Source of the DNA: Eledone cirrhosa | Taxonomy: Eukaryota | NCBI GenBank assembly: GCA_964016885.1 | Contig: OZ024754.1 | Coordinates: forward strand, 45,694,001 to 45,758,000 | Direction: 5' to 3' | Length of the DNA: 64,000 nt | Position numbers and translations under genes: made by a program | Notes under the pieces: model-generated | The model's input: only the letters and a program-made list of their open reading frames with translations | Told to the model about the DNA's origin: nothing | Databases searched by the model: none | Shown here: positions 40,961 to 53,895 of the stretch, piece after piece | Position numbering within the stretch: position 1 is the first letter of the stretch | Layout: each line of letters starts with the position of its first letter

Positions 40961-41689
40961 ATTGAAAGTAATTTGTTCCTTCACAGAGTAATATACGCTC
41001 TATTATGTATTTGGTCCTTTGTCGGGGTTGTAATTTTCTCGAAAATAAATGCCTTTTATATGGACTGAATGTATTTGTACATATCTGTGTGCGTGTATAT
41101 GTGTATGTTTGTGTAAGTGTGTGTATGTATATACGTGGATGTATATATCTATGTGTACATATATGAGTATATATATATATATATGCTTTATAGTACAGTC
41201 AGTCATGTTACTCTTGAGTATACCGCTTGACTTGATTTCTAATTTTTCTACATGAACCATTTTATAAATAATAATTATACACATTCGGTTAAAAGATAAT
41301 TAATTTAACCATTTCTTTTTTGTATTGGTTGGTTAGCTTTCATATTGATCTGGTTCCACTCTCTTGTTTCTATTGTTTTGTTTTGTTTGTTTTGTTTTAA
41401 TTTCTTTGTGAGTATCGATATTCTGTCTCATGTTGAATACGAATTCATACTAGGACAACTTAATCTGCAATAAGACTTCGAAATGAAATTTAGAGAAAAG
41501 TATAATTACATACAAATGGTGAGGCGGTGGCGTCCGTAATAATTTCGATCCACATATGAAATTCAAAGTGAGCCATGACGGAAACCAAGGTCTGTTATAC
41601 TCGAAGAACAAGGACGAAATCTCTGGGACAACAGATTCAGCGCAGATTCGGAAGTTGGATAAATGAGTTTCTTAAGGATTACCTGGACA

Positions 41690-41850
41690 TAGGCATATTC
41701 ATTAGGTGGCTGATAGAATGCTTTATGGGATTTGTTTCGATCTCTGCTGCTCTCGAGGTTCAATTTCCGTGGAGGGCAACTTTGCCTTTCATCCATTCCA
41801 GTTCGATAAAAAAAAGTACCAGTATAATACTGGAGTCGATTCTTCCTCTG
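41690..41850 (+). mobile_element. Older SINE family A-related copy
   Basis: ggttcaatttcc..caactttgcctttcatcc..tcgataaaaaaaagtaccagt...actggagtcgatt. Confidence 0.7.
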
Positions 41851-43694
41851 TGACTGTTCTTCACATCCATTCCCTCACTCTCTATTTTTCTATGGAAGAA
41901 ATCTGCTGTTTTCAGACCTGGAGTTAGATGGGCTCCATCAGGTTTAAAACTGCCCTAGAAATGATTAATGTCAATATGGGGTCTCTATGAAGCCCTTATG
42001 AATCTCGGGATCACACACCAATTTAACTCCATTACAATGTACAGGAAATATTCGACGAAGCTATGTTATAAAGTTTTGTTTCACACACCTTACTTACCTT
42101 TCATTTTCCTAATGGATGTCACTCCTTTCAAACAATAATCATTATATATAGTAAACTATATTCCAATTGACTTAATGTAGTTGAAACATTTGTGATGTTC
42201 ATAGTGTCAAAAACGACAAATTTGTGTTCTTTTTCATAGAAATATCTATTTTAACATCACAATGGCAAAATACAACTAAATAAAATGAGAATATTTTCCA
42301 TAAATAAATTTGTTATATTCCATTCATAGTATGTTTATATTTCCTTTAAAGAATAACATTTCACTTGACACATCTTTAGTAGACAGACCTTTTTTCCATG
42401 CAAGACATTAAGGCAATCTTCATACTTTCTATTGTCAGGTTAATAGAAATGAAGCTACTTTTATTGTGTTTATTTTGGTTTGTGATGTACACAATAATGT
42501 CACAGAGAATGTAAGACATAAACGAGGTCATATCGCTATGTAGGAATCAGTAGATAATTTTCAGGCAACCGTTTCTGACAGGGTGTATGGGTCTTGTTGT
42601 ATATATGGGATACTTCTATCTTACACCTGTCTTCATTCCGCAAGATATTAGGGCGTTCCCTTCATCTGAATAGACATATACAGTTGGCATGAATACCGAA
42701 GATAGCGTGTTTGGCTTTTACGCCTACCTCCTTTCTCGTGTTATAGTCACCAGAGAAAAATATTTCCATTTTTTTAACCTTTCTTTTGTGTTTTTATATC
42801 GAATGTAAAGAAACTAAAGGACGTTGATAAGTTACTCGTGTACATCATCTTTCGAAAAGAAAGTGGCACTTTTTGTTTGATAACTTAAACTGACATGTAA
42901 ATCGTTTTCTCCCGCACAATGATTTTTCTCGGGTGAATTTAATAGCCGTTAATATAACGTGACTTAAAGAAATGACCGTGATTGATAATAAAGAAAATCA
43001 ACATAGGCATATCACGGGTCTGTTTCTTTCACAAGTCCTTGCTGCTTCGCTGAAATAATAAAACCTTTAATCGATGCATAGTTTCCACATATTTTATATT
43101 TTCCTCTTATTTCCATCACCGAAATGCAGGTTTCATCGTTTTCAATAATATGGTGAACTCTGCTGTATTATAGGTTGAGAATGAAAATATTAACAGCTCA
43201 CAACACATCAAACTATCTATTATAAATGTATCTGCATAGAAAAAAAATTAGCAACTCTTAAATCTTAGACGAAGAATTACGTCTTTCTAAGAGAGACGGA
43301 AGAAATTATTTTAAAATGGTGGCCAACAATTCGAATGGAAAGCGAAAACCGAGTTGGCAGACAGATCTGTTTTCATAATGAATCCCCTGCAGGAAAGAAA
43401 TGACAAAATACCAACATAAAGAAAAACGCCAGCCTCTTAATACCTTTGGTGATTTTTTTTATCGAAGTAAAATGATTTATATACCGTATTTGATATTCAT
43501 GTTTGTTATTAGCAAAACTTGTTGTTAAGGCTAATGCTGCTGATATTGTTATTGTATTTATCTTGCTGATATTTTCTCTAAAATGTCTCAGACACTAATG
43601 TCTTCTTAATTTGCTAATCCCATAAATTCCGGGAGACACAATCGTAACCATAAAATAATGATTGCCCTTCTCCATCTTCCAGAGCGTGCATGCT

Positions 43695-43699
<5 letters not shown>

Positions 43700-43757
<58 letters not shown>

Positions 43758-44200
43758 AATATATATATATATATATATATATATAAGAATATATATATAT
43801 ATAAGAATATACATATTTATATATACATATATATATATACATATATATATATAAGAATATATATATATATAAGAATATACATATTTATATATACATATAT
43901 ATATATATATAAGAATATACATATTTATATATACATATATATATACATATATATATAAGAATATACATATTTATATATACATATATATATATATATAAGA
44001 ATATACATATTTATATATACATATATATATATACATATATATATAAGAATATACATATTTATATATACATATATATATATACATATATATATAAGGATAT
44101 ATATATATACATATATATATAAGGATATATATATACATATATATATAAGTGTATATATATACATATATATACACTTATATATACATATATATATATAAGT
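43700..44200. repeat. (TA)n satellite with AAGAAT/CATATTT interruptions
   Basis: Repeating aagaatatacatattt(at)n units, changing to aaggat and aagtgt distally. Confidence 0.95.
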
Positions 44201-45483
44201 GTGTGAAAATATATATATATATATATATATTTGTATTTATATAGATATACACATTTGTATTTATATAGATATACACATTTGTATTTATATATATACACAC
44301 ATTTGAATTTATATATATGCATGAGTATAAGTGTATATGTACATATATAAAAATATATGTATACATATATACGTGTGGGGGGGGGGCGCGTCATGTTGTG
44401 AGCAAAAAATTGTACCGTGCAACAAACCGACCACATTCTTAGCTGAGACATCAATTTAGATATTTGTATTGATGTTGCTTTCTTTTGTGATTTAGTGACG
44501 ACAGGATCGATGGGGTATAAACAAGAAAAATACTAACGAACCGATTGATCATATATTTGTGTATATATGTATGTGTATCGGAGTGGGAGGGGCGAACGGA
44601 TGTTTCTCTCTTTCTCCTTCAATCTGAGCACATATACATATATATATTTATATATATATGTGTGTACATGTGTGTGTGTGTGTTTGTTTGTTTGTGTTTG
44701 TTTGTGCCCATTCTGAATTATATTTATATATATATATATATTTATATATAATCATACATACACACACAAATAATTACTTATTTGGTCTGTTCAAGGGGAT
44801 ATTGTCAGGTCATAATGATTGTGATGATGACGATATAACAATAATAACAACATTATCGAAATATATAGATTTGATGATAGAAATAACTCGAATGTAAATG
44901 ATGAAAACACAAACAGTCGGTATAATAAATGATAGGTGTACTGGGAATGATACAAATACAGACAGGTTCGTAACTAAAGCCCCAGGAAATACCAATACGT
45001 GAACTATACAGAAAATAGTATTACTGGGTACTTCACATATATTCGGAAAGGTTCTCTATATGCTATAGAATCAATAGTAAAAAAAAAATGTTTAAGGTAC
45101 TCAATACAGACAGAGCCGTGTTCGGTTATGCTGAGGCAGCACGCAGTGAATCTCATAATAATGACAATAATAATGGTTTCATTTATTGGCCACAAGGGCC
45201 GTCATATAGGGGACAGTATAGTAGATGGGACAGTGGAGGTTTTACACAAACATCGAGTTAAAAATAGGAATACAATAACAATAAATAAGAAAAATAAAAC
45301 AAATACTGATGATAATAATGGTTTGGTTTCTTATATTATATACTGATGATGATGATGATGATGATGATATTAGGGTTGTTGTTGATTTTTTCCATACGAA
45401 AGCAAATAGATGTAAAAATGTCAATTATCGACTATTCGTAATGATTTTTTTCTCGGCAGGATCCATTGGCCTATATATATATA

Positions 45484-45529
<46 letters not shown>

Positions 45530-45726
45530 ATAAGTAATAACGATAACTTACGTACATCTAAGCACACACACACATACACTCACAGACGAACTCCCACACA
45601 CTAGTACACACTCACATACACATATGTGAAAGTCTGGTTATAAACGAGAATGGTTTGACGTCGACAGTCGTATCATTGTATATTACAATATAATCAGATT
45701 TATTTTTACGTAATACATAATATGTA

Positions 45727-45877
45727 CAGTGGAAGCCGATTATTATAATCATTGATAATGGCTTGGAAACACATTCAGGAAAATACTACATCCTCTGATT
45801 GCTGTATTATCATATAAGAGGGTAATATCATGTAAGGGGCTTCGTCGCAATATGTCTACAATAAGTTGGTTCCACTA
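45727..45877. mobile_element. Possible pogo/Tigger-like MITE
   Basis: TA-cagtggaagccgattat ... ataagttggttccacta: imperfect 17-bp TIR beginning CAGTGGAA after TA. Confidence 0.4.
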
Positions 45878-45984
45878 AATAAAGTATTGCGTAATTTATA
45901 TGTATTAAACACACACAGTAATTTCATTTAAAGCTTTACTTTTATTTTTTATTTTCATTGAAATACCTGCATTTTAATAGACAC

Positions 45985-46363
45985 AAACTCAGATGGTGGG
46001 TGGGTGCTACATGAGAATGCTGAGGATGGCTCTGAACATTAATAAGTATACACTGAGGATGAAAAACTCAGAGCTGTATGGCAGCCTCCTAAGAGTAAGC
46101 TCAAAAGTGACACAGAGGAGACTGAGGTGAGCTGGACATGCTCACCGACATCAAGAGTTGACATTGCACTCAATGCTCCTGTGGGCGCCCCCACATGGAC
46201 CCACTGGAAGAGGAAGACCAAGGTTAACGTATGTTGATGCCCTAAGGACAGACACTGGTCTGTTGGAGACGCAGGTCATGGCAGCGATAATGATGGACAG
46301 AGACCCCGCTGGAGAGAACTCGTCCAATGATCTCGGGAATTTTACCCGCCCTAGATAGATAGA
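45985..46363 (+). mobile_element. RTE-clade LINE 3' end, frameshifted
   Basis: Closely similar to 9159-9413 and extends further 5' (GCY.RMLRMALNI); (TAGA)3 tail. Confidence 0.87.
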
Positions 46364-47347
46364 AACCCCATTCTCACACCCACAGACACACATACACAAA
46401 CCCCATCCTTACACCCACAGATACACATACACTCACACATACATATGATAGTACACCTATAGAATTTCGTATACCTTTCTCGCTAAAGAAATAAACTTCC
46501 TGCCATAATTCTATGTATATAGTGAAGATCAAAAGTTCCTTGCAGCCAGCTGAAGCAATAGAAGACTCATAATTCTCTTCCCCGACTAGTTTCTGTTAAC
46601 TGTCTGTTGGCGGTAGCCTATTTTGGACTGGTAAGCACAGAAATTAGGTAATGCTATCAAACATTACTCAATCTCGGCGCTGGCGACCACATGCATTGAG
46701 AATAAGCCATCAATATGGAGAAAGATCTATCTGTGACTACGAATAGCAATTGTATTGACTCTACACAACCTATTTGAGGTGTTATTTCATTGAGTAAATA
46801 TTCAACGGGTTTATCATTCTGGCTCAAAAACAACAAACATTCATAATGAGAGTATATTTTATTTAATACTCACAGAAAGTTGTTATACGGTTTTCTTAAA
46901 AGGTTACATTTCAGGCATCAACTATTACGAAGTAAACATTATTTGTCGTTGTTTTCTGCAACACCTGCGGTTCCATGATTTTTTTAGTCAGCAGGTGTTA
47001 CTCATCGTAATTACCCTTCCAAACAAGTAATCTATTTTAAACAATTTGACAAAAATTGCTGTAATTTTATTTGGAAAAGTTCATTTTTGTGGTTTTCTAT
47101 TCTACGAAGCTTCATTGTTTCATTACATTTTCCAAACCTCTCTCGTATTGTACGTGTCTCGGTAAAAACTGGTGAATAAGTATCTAGATTGTATCCAGTT
47201 GGTACAAATATACATATGTACGTGTATGTGTGTGTCTGTGTATGTGTATGTATATATATATATATGTGTTTGTGTATATATATATATGTGTTTGTGTATA
47301 TATATATATGTGTGTGTGTATATATGTATGTATGTGTGTGTATGTAT

Positions 47348-47405
<58 letters not shown>

Positions 47406-47408
<3 letters not shown>

Positions 47409-47463
47409 GAGTGAATAACTTTGTTTATATATATATATATATAAACAAAGTTATTCACTCTAC
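47406..47463. repeat. Perfect 58-bp palindrome centred on (AT)8
   Basis: gtagagtgaataactttgttt-(at)8-aaacaaagttattcactctac. Confidence 0.97.
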
Positions 47464-48037
47464 GTATATATATATATTTGTATGTACGTTCACAATTGAA
47501 GTAAAACAGATTTCTCCTTTGTGTACAAGCCAACATTAATCACCGCTAAATCTAAACTTGTAAATCAATATAGATGATATAGAAATAATATTTAACTCTT
47601 CTCCCGGAGAATTTCTCTTTTTTTTTCCCATTCCAAAGGTTTTACTTGTATAAAGAAATATAAAAAAAAAATCAAGACAAAGAAATGGAAATCTGATATA
47701 AGATCTTAGTAAATATGATCCTGACCTGGCGTAGATTTTATGTCCTCCAATGATAATATAGAAACTTTATTCATCACTGTTCTAAGAATTACCTGACATT
47801 TGCTCGAGTTTAGCAGCAGGTGTTGAAACATGTAATCTATTTTTATTAACGTAAAAAAAAAAACATCAATGTAATTTCTATTTCCAAAAAAGAATTTTAA
47901 CCCCTGTTTTGTGATTTTGTAAGATTTGGTGTTACATTAAGACTCCTTCTGAAGCACACAACATGTTCTATATGCGCTACTGTAAATGATATTTTAGAAA
48001 AATAAATACAGATGCTAAATAATATGTGTATACATAC

Positions 48038-48089
<52 letters not shown>

Positions 48090-48381
48090 ATTTACATATA
48101 TGTGTGTATATAACACATATGCATTTTACAAATAGGAATGAGATTTAACGCTACATACACTACACATTAACATAGCATAACACTCACACAGACATATCAT
48201 TATCACAAATAATCACTGTAGATGGGTTAATACATTTTTTACGACACTTGAATGTTCTATTAAGGTGTGAGATTTCTGTTCGCATATAGTTTCTTTTCTT
48301 TTCGTAGAAAACATATTAGACTAGAATATGTACTGCAACCGTTGTTCACACAAAGACTACGCAATACAAAACTATATATAT

Positions 48382-48784
48382 AATTGTTTCTACTTTAGGC
48401 ACAAGACCAGCAATTACCCAGTGCATTACTGGTACTTTATATATAATATGCTGTAGTCTGATAGTTATTATTGATTCTAGTTTTAACACAAGGCCAGCAA
48501 TTAAACCCAGTGCATTACTAGTGCTTTATTTTATGAAAGGCAAAGCTAACATCGTCGGGATTTGAACTCAGAACGTAAAGGGTCATAACTCTGGCAAAGC
48601 ATGTTAATAATAATAATTGTTTCTACTTTAGGCACAAGCATTACTGGTACTTTATTTTATCGACCACGTAAGGATGAAAGGCAAAGTCAACCTCAGCGGG
48701 ATTTGAACTCAGATCGTAAAGGGACGTAACAATGCTGGAAAGCATGGCGTCCGACCCTCCACCGATACTGCCAATCCACCGCCC
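48382..48784 (-). mobile_element. Cluster of three SINE family A copies/fragments
   Basis: 3' fragment about 48382-48440, internally deleted copy about 48465-48601, near-full copy about 48618-48784 with TSD tgttaataataataat (48602-48617, 48785-48800). Confidence 0.9.
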
Positions 48785-48864
48785 TGTTAATAATAATAAT
48801 AAATGCCCTTAGTGTGTGGGGAAAATGCTTCACAGTATCTTTTTTTTTATTTTTCGATTCGATA

Positions 48865-49022
48865 TAATTTTACTTCGTATTCGGCCGAGTCAACATTGAA
48901 TTTCATCCTTCCACAGTCGATAAAATGAAGCATCAGTCACGCACTGGCTCGCTTTAATTGGTTCCCCATCCCCCGAAAATTGCTGCCCTTGGGTCTAAAT
49001 TAGAGAGCATTTCTTTTATTAT
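48865..49022 (+). mobile_element. Older SINE family A copy, opposite orientation to the adjacent cluster
   Basis: gccgagtcaacattgaatttcatccttccacagtcgataaaatgaag..cactgg..aaattgctgcccttg. Confidence 0.7.
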
Positions 49023-49734
49023 TAAAACTGAAACTACTAATGCTGCATCTATTTGTGTTGTTGTTACAGCAAAAACAACGAAACACAACTGGAGAATTTG
49101 TATTCTCTCACTGGAACCCTCCATCGACCTCATTAAACTCAAAATATGATGAACAATATTATCACCCTCTTCATGTCACTACCACGCTCATAAATACGAC
49201 AATTAATTTCTAATTCCCATCCTTTTCATTATCGTTACCATCAATGGCATCATCAAAAGTGCAATATATCCTATTAAGTAGGCAGTATTCCGACCAATAA
49301 TTTCACGAGAGTTGTAAATTAAAACATTGCCAACAGTTCAACACTCTAATCGAGATGAAACCCTCTACCATCCCCACTTCAAACGCTGCTCTTGTATCAC
49401 CATCATTAACATCATGATATTTACAATGTTGAAAACATCCAAACGCCAATGACTGAACCTCTACATTAGGGTAGGGCGAAGGGTTTAATGCAAGGTCGAC
49501 GTTCACATACATAAGAATGTTTATCGTATGATAGCATATGTGTTGAAAAAATAAAGACTGTTGCTTTAAACAAGATTTATCGACATGCAACTCATGGTAA
49601 ATTAAGGTTTAGTTGATAATGAGTGAATTTTTATTTTATAAGACTTTTGTATACTTCGACGCGGGCGGCGATTTCGAATTTTGACTGAAATACGATAAAC
49701 GATAGATTACATAATATAGAGATAGATACTTTTA

Positions 49735-49800
49735 ATAATTGTTTCTACTTTTGGCACAAGGCCAGCAATTATTTCAATATATTACTGGTACTTTATTTTA
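49735..49800 (-). mobile_element. SINE family A 3' fragment
   Basis: aattgtttctacttttggcacaaggccagcaatta..tattactggtactttatttta. Confidence 0.8.
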
Positions 49801-50552
49801 GCAGATACATTTAATATTTCTTTCTTACTTTTTTCCATCACCCCCTTTCCTTCTCTGGAATAAATCGTTTGATTAGTTCTGGAAAAGTGTGGACGCCACC
49901 AAGTTTAGAATGCCTTTACGACTCTGTTCTGTGTTACAGGTCCCTATATAGATACATGCATGTATACATTCCGAGATATAAAAACTGAAAATAAGATGGG
50001 ATCGCCTTGTCTGGAATACCTTTTATCATGAATGTGCCCTTGTCAGAATTAACATGGGTCTAAACATACAGCACTACAACAAACAATAATCTCACAACAA
50101 CCACAACTACCACCAACACTAATACCATCGACTCAAATAATGTAAATGTCTCCTCACCCGATTAACACACCATTACCCTACCGCCAACATCATCACCGTA
50201 GACACTAGTGGTACTCAGTACTGACACCAACATTGTTAAATACAAAACAAACCAATCCACTACCAGCAACACACCATCACTATGCCGTCCATCATTAGTA
50301 CCCGCCCCTCCCCCTCACTGCCAGGACTAATACAGTAACTACTAATAGTAACATCAGTAAAACTATCAAAGAAACAAAGAAGCAACACCAAGCTAGCGTC
50401 AATCAAAACTGGTAGAAGCCAGAATGGAAAGCAGCCATTAACAATCGGCCAGTTTTCCTTTTCTCCACTCTCCATTCTCTCTCACTTTCATCCTCTTCTT
50501 CTTTCCCGCGTCTATTCATTCAAATCCCCCTCCCCCTCTCTCTCTCTCTCTT

Positions 50553-50631
<79 letters not shown>

Positions 50632-50651
50632 TGCTCTCTTCATACGCTAAC

Positions 50652-50691
<40 letters not shown>

Positions 50692-50964
50692 TTATCCCAC
50701 GTCCCCTTTCTCTTCCACCCATATATTCGATGCTTGTATGTAAACCTTTCTTTATCTATCGCAACATTTCTCCAGCTTCCACTGTTTTTTTTTCTTTTTA
50801 CCTTATAAAATCTCAAACTGACCTAATGCATTTCGTTCTCTCGCTTCTTTCACAGACACACACACTCCTTCTTTCAATTAATGTCTCTTTCTCCCTCTCT
50901 CATATGTATGTGTGTGTGTGTGTGTGTGTTTGTGTGTGTATACACTCACTTTCCCTCCCTCTCC

Positions 50965-51002
<38 letters not shown>

Positions 51003-51760
51003 CTCTCTTCATACACTAACAATTTACAATTATAATCACCCTCTTTCTCTCACTCTATGTTGGTCTCTAACTTTCTCTCGCACATTATTACTTTTCCTAT
51101 CTATGTATCTCTCTTTCTTTCTCTCTATTTCACTCTCTCTTTATATATCTCTATTCCACCCTCTCTATTCCCTCCATCTCTCTGTCCTTCACTCTCTCTC
51201 TCTTGACAAGCTAACCCTACCAGAGTGCAACAACTTCAATTACAGCAGCAACAGCTGCAGGCTTCTGCAAGCTGCTGTGTTAAGAGCTGACAATGTCACA
51301 GAAGTTTTAAAGCGCACCACGCCGTCTGAAACAACTCAGCTACATTTGCTGCAAGCCGACTTTAATTTCTTTACACTTTGATGGACGAACAATTACAGAC
51401 ATAGTACAACCTCCTCTCTACCTCCATCTCCATTGCTCATTCCTTCATCTATCATTTCCTTCTCTCACTCTCCATTCCTCATTTCTCTTCTTCTTCATCT
51501 TCATCTTTCCTCTTTATTTCTGCCTGCCATGATTGTTTCACTATATTTTTCATTTTTATTAATACCTGCATCCTCTCTAACTTCCAACCAGCCTCTTTCT
51601 TTTCCTAATAATTTATCAATATGCATTAATATATCGCCGATACAATAAATCGATCGGTCCAACTGCGTTTGCCTAACTCTTCATTCATTTAGCTATCAGT
51701 TTATTTTTATATCCTACCTCCTTATCTACCTATCTATCTAGCTCTCACCATCTTCTCTCT

Positions 51761-51808
<48 letters not shown>

Positions 51809-51818
51809 CTCTCTGCTC

Positions 51819-51868
<50 letters not shown>

Positions 51869-52198
51869 TCGATATTGCATTCTCTCTTAGCCTCTCACTT
51901 CGCCACTCCTTTTCTGGAAAAAATCTGCTGTGCTGCTGGATCTGGAGTGAGGATGCACTCCACCAGGTTTATTTTTTCACGACGGCGCCTTTGTGATTCC
52001 ACCAGATGTTACGTGTCCATACATAGCTGTATAATGATACTCTAACTTTAGGAGTAAACAATCTCGTTTACTTTACAGCTAAGCTACATTGGGCTAGAGA
52101 AACAAAGAACAGGAAATTATTGCATTTCTTACATTTACATTAATAACCTATATTTCATAACTTATACTTAGTTAACCTATATTTCATAACCTCTATAA

Positions 52199-52310
52199 GA
52201 AGCAGCGTGGCGTAATGTTTAGAGAGTTGGATACACAATCGTGAGGTTGTGAGTTCGATTCCCGGGCCGGGCGATGCTTTATGTCCTTGAGCATGACACT
52301 TTTTTTCAAT
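52199..52310 (+). mobile_element. SINE family B 5' part (tRNA-like head plus CORE-like motif)
   Basis: gcagcgtggcgtaatgtttagag..cacaatcgtgaggttgtgagttcgattccc..tgtccttgagcatgacacttt. Confidence 0.8.
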
Positions 52311-52428
52311 TTTACTTCATCTGTTAGTGTTTGAGACAGGTAGATAGTATCAATACTTGGAAAGACCAATGGAAGCATTGTTTTCTTGTTCCAATCTAAC
52401 GAGTTTTTTCATATTTTAATCAATGTAT

Positions 52429-52464
52429 TACTAATAATTTTTTTTCTTTTTTTTTCAGGTAAGT
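52429..52464 (+). promoter_or_regulatory. Candidate recursive splice site (branch point, polypyrimidine tract, AG|GTAAGT)
   Basis: TACTAAT at 52429-52435, 19 consecutive pyrimidines at 52438-52456, AG at 52457-52458, perfect donor GTAAGT at 52459-52464. Confidence 0.55.
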
Positions 52465-52619
52465 GATCCAGTTTTTCATATCCTACTTTAAAATCTACTT
52501 CTGATGTCACCTTTAAAAGTCATCATATTAGGGTAACGTATTTCCTTTCATTTTCCACAAATTCCAAGTTGGGGATTGCAGGAAAATTGTTATCACATTC
52601 CTTATTTACACATTTTTAA

Positions 52620-52830
52620 GGGCGGTGTATTGGCAGTATCGGTAGAGCATCCGAAACATGCTTAGTGGCATGGAGTTCCGGCCATTTACGTTCTGAGTTC
52701 AAATATCGCCGTGGTTACCTTTACATTTCATCCTTACGGGGTCGATAAAATAAAACACCAGTAACGTAGTGGGGTTAATTTAATCGACTTTTCCCAGAAA
52801 CCATTAATAACATATCTTGTGCCTCTGATT
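52620..52830 (+). mobile_element. SINE family A, full length
   Basis: ggcggtgtattggcagtatcggtag..gagttcaaat..tttcatccttacggggtcgataaaataaa. Confidence 0.88.
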
Positions 52831-53736
52831 TCTGATTTCAAGGTATTACCGTTTCCTGTCATATTTTGGACTATTATGGCATTAAGAAATATTTGGTTGC
52901 TATTTTTGGAAATTCGATCTCCATGCGCATGAGTCGACATGTGATGTTAGTAAAATCTGTAGCACACCTTTCCTCCTATTATATCCCAATTGTGTTGTCA
53001 TTCTGTAAAGTTAGTGAGACAATACACGCAATGAAAGTGTCATCTATAATTTTCTCCTGCCTTACATAGTAACAACTATACCATTAGTTCATTGCTATTC
53101 TTAACTACCATCAGAAACCATTTCATGTTTTAGGTTTTAGCTATTTATTTTATTCTTTGTTGCCGCTCTTCTTTTCTAATTTATTTGCTACAGTCGTCAC
53201 ATATGTCTCCGGGAGTCCAGACTACGCTTCATTAATAGGTATCTCGAGGGGATAAAGTGGACAATTTTTTTAAAACTATTTTCCTCTTGTTGTGTAAATT
53301 ACTACGTGACATTCCTGTTGAAATATATCGCTCAACTACCAAAACATTTCGATCGAAAAATATATGGTATCAAAACACTGGGCAATATTTTCTTTGGAAT
53401 TCTTTCTTTATATCATTCTTATTCTCAATTGCAAATGATCTTTGGGCAAATCGTGCAGCAGATAAAAGTAAAGAACTTGAAATGGGAAGAAGTTGGAATC
53501 CTTAAAGATTTAACCTTAGGCAGAAAACTGATCCTAGCTTGTTTGAAAGGACAGTTGCTTTTTCAACTATATTTGTTATTATATTCTAATAAATATAAAC
53601 ATGTATATCATCAACGCAAATACCAGATACAAATATTTCATTGACTGTGTATATGTGATATGAAATATAATGTGTGTAAACTCTCTATGGAATATATAAA
53701 CTATCAACCATTATAATAGTCCACGTGTGTTTATAC

Positions 53737-53768
<32 letters not shown>

Positions 53769-53808
53769 ATATTATATATATATATATTATATATATATAT
53801 ATTATATA

Positions 53809-53895
<87 letters not shown>

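Noticed and set aside
42090-42130. Minus-strand strong donor AAG|GTAAGT with possible 27-nt microexon
   Set aside because: No polypyrimidine acceptor upstream; isolated donors are expected by chance.
53257-53644. Overlapping 82- and 112-aa ORFs in unique AT-rich DNA
   Set aside because: No recognisable motif; likely decayed TE or chance.
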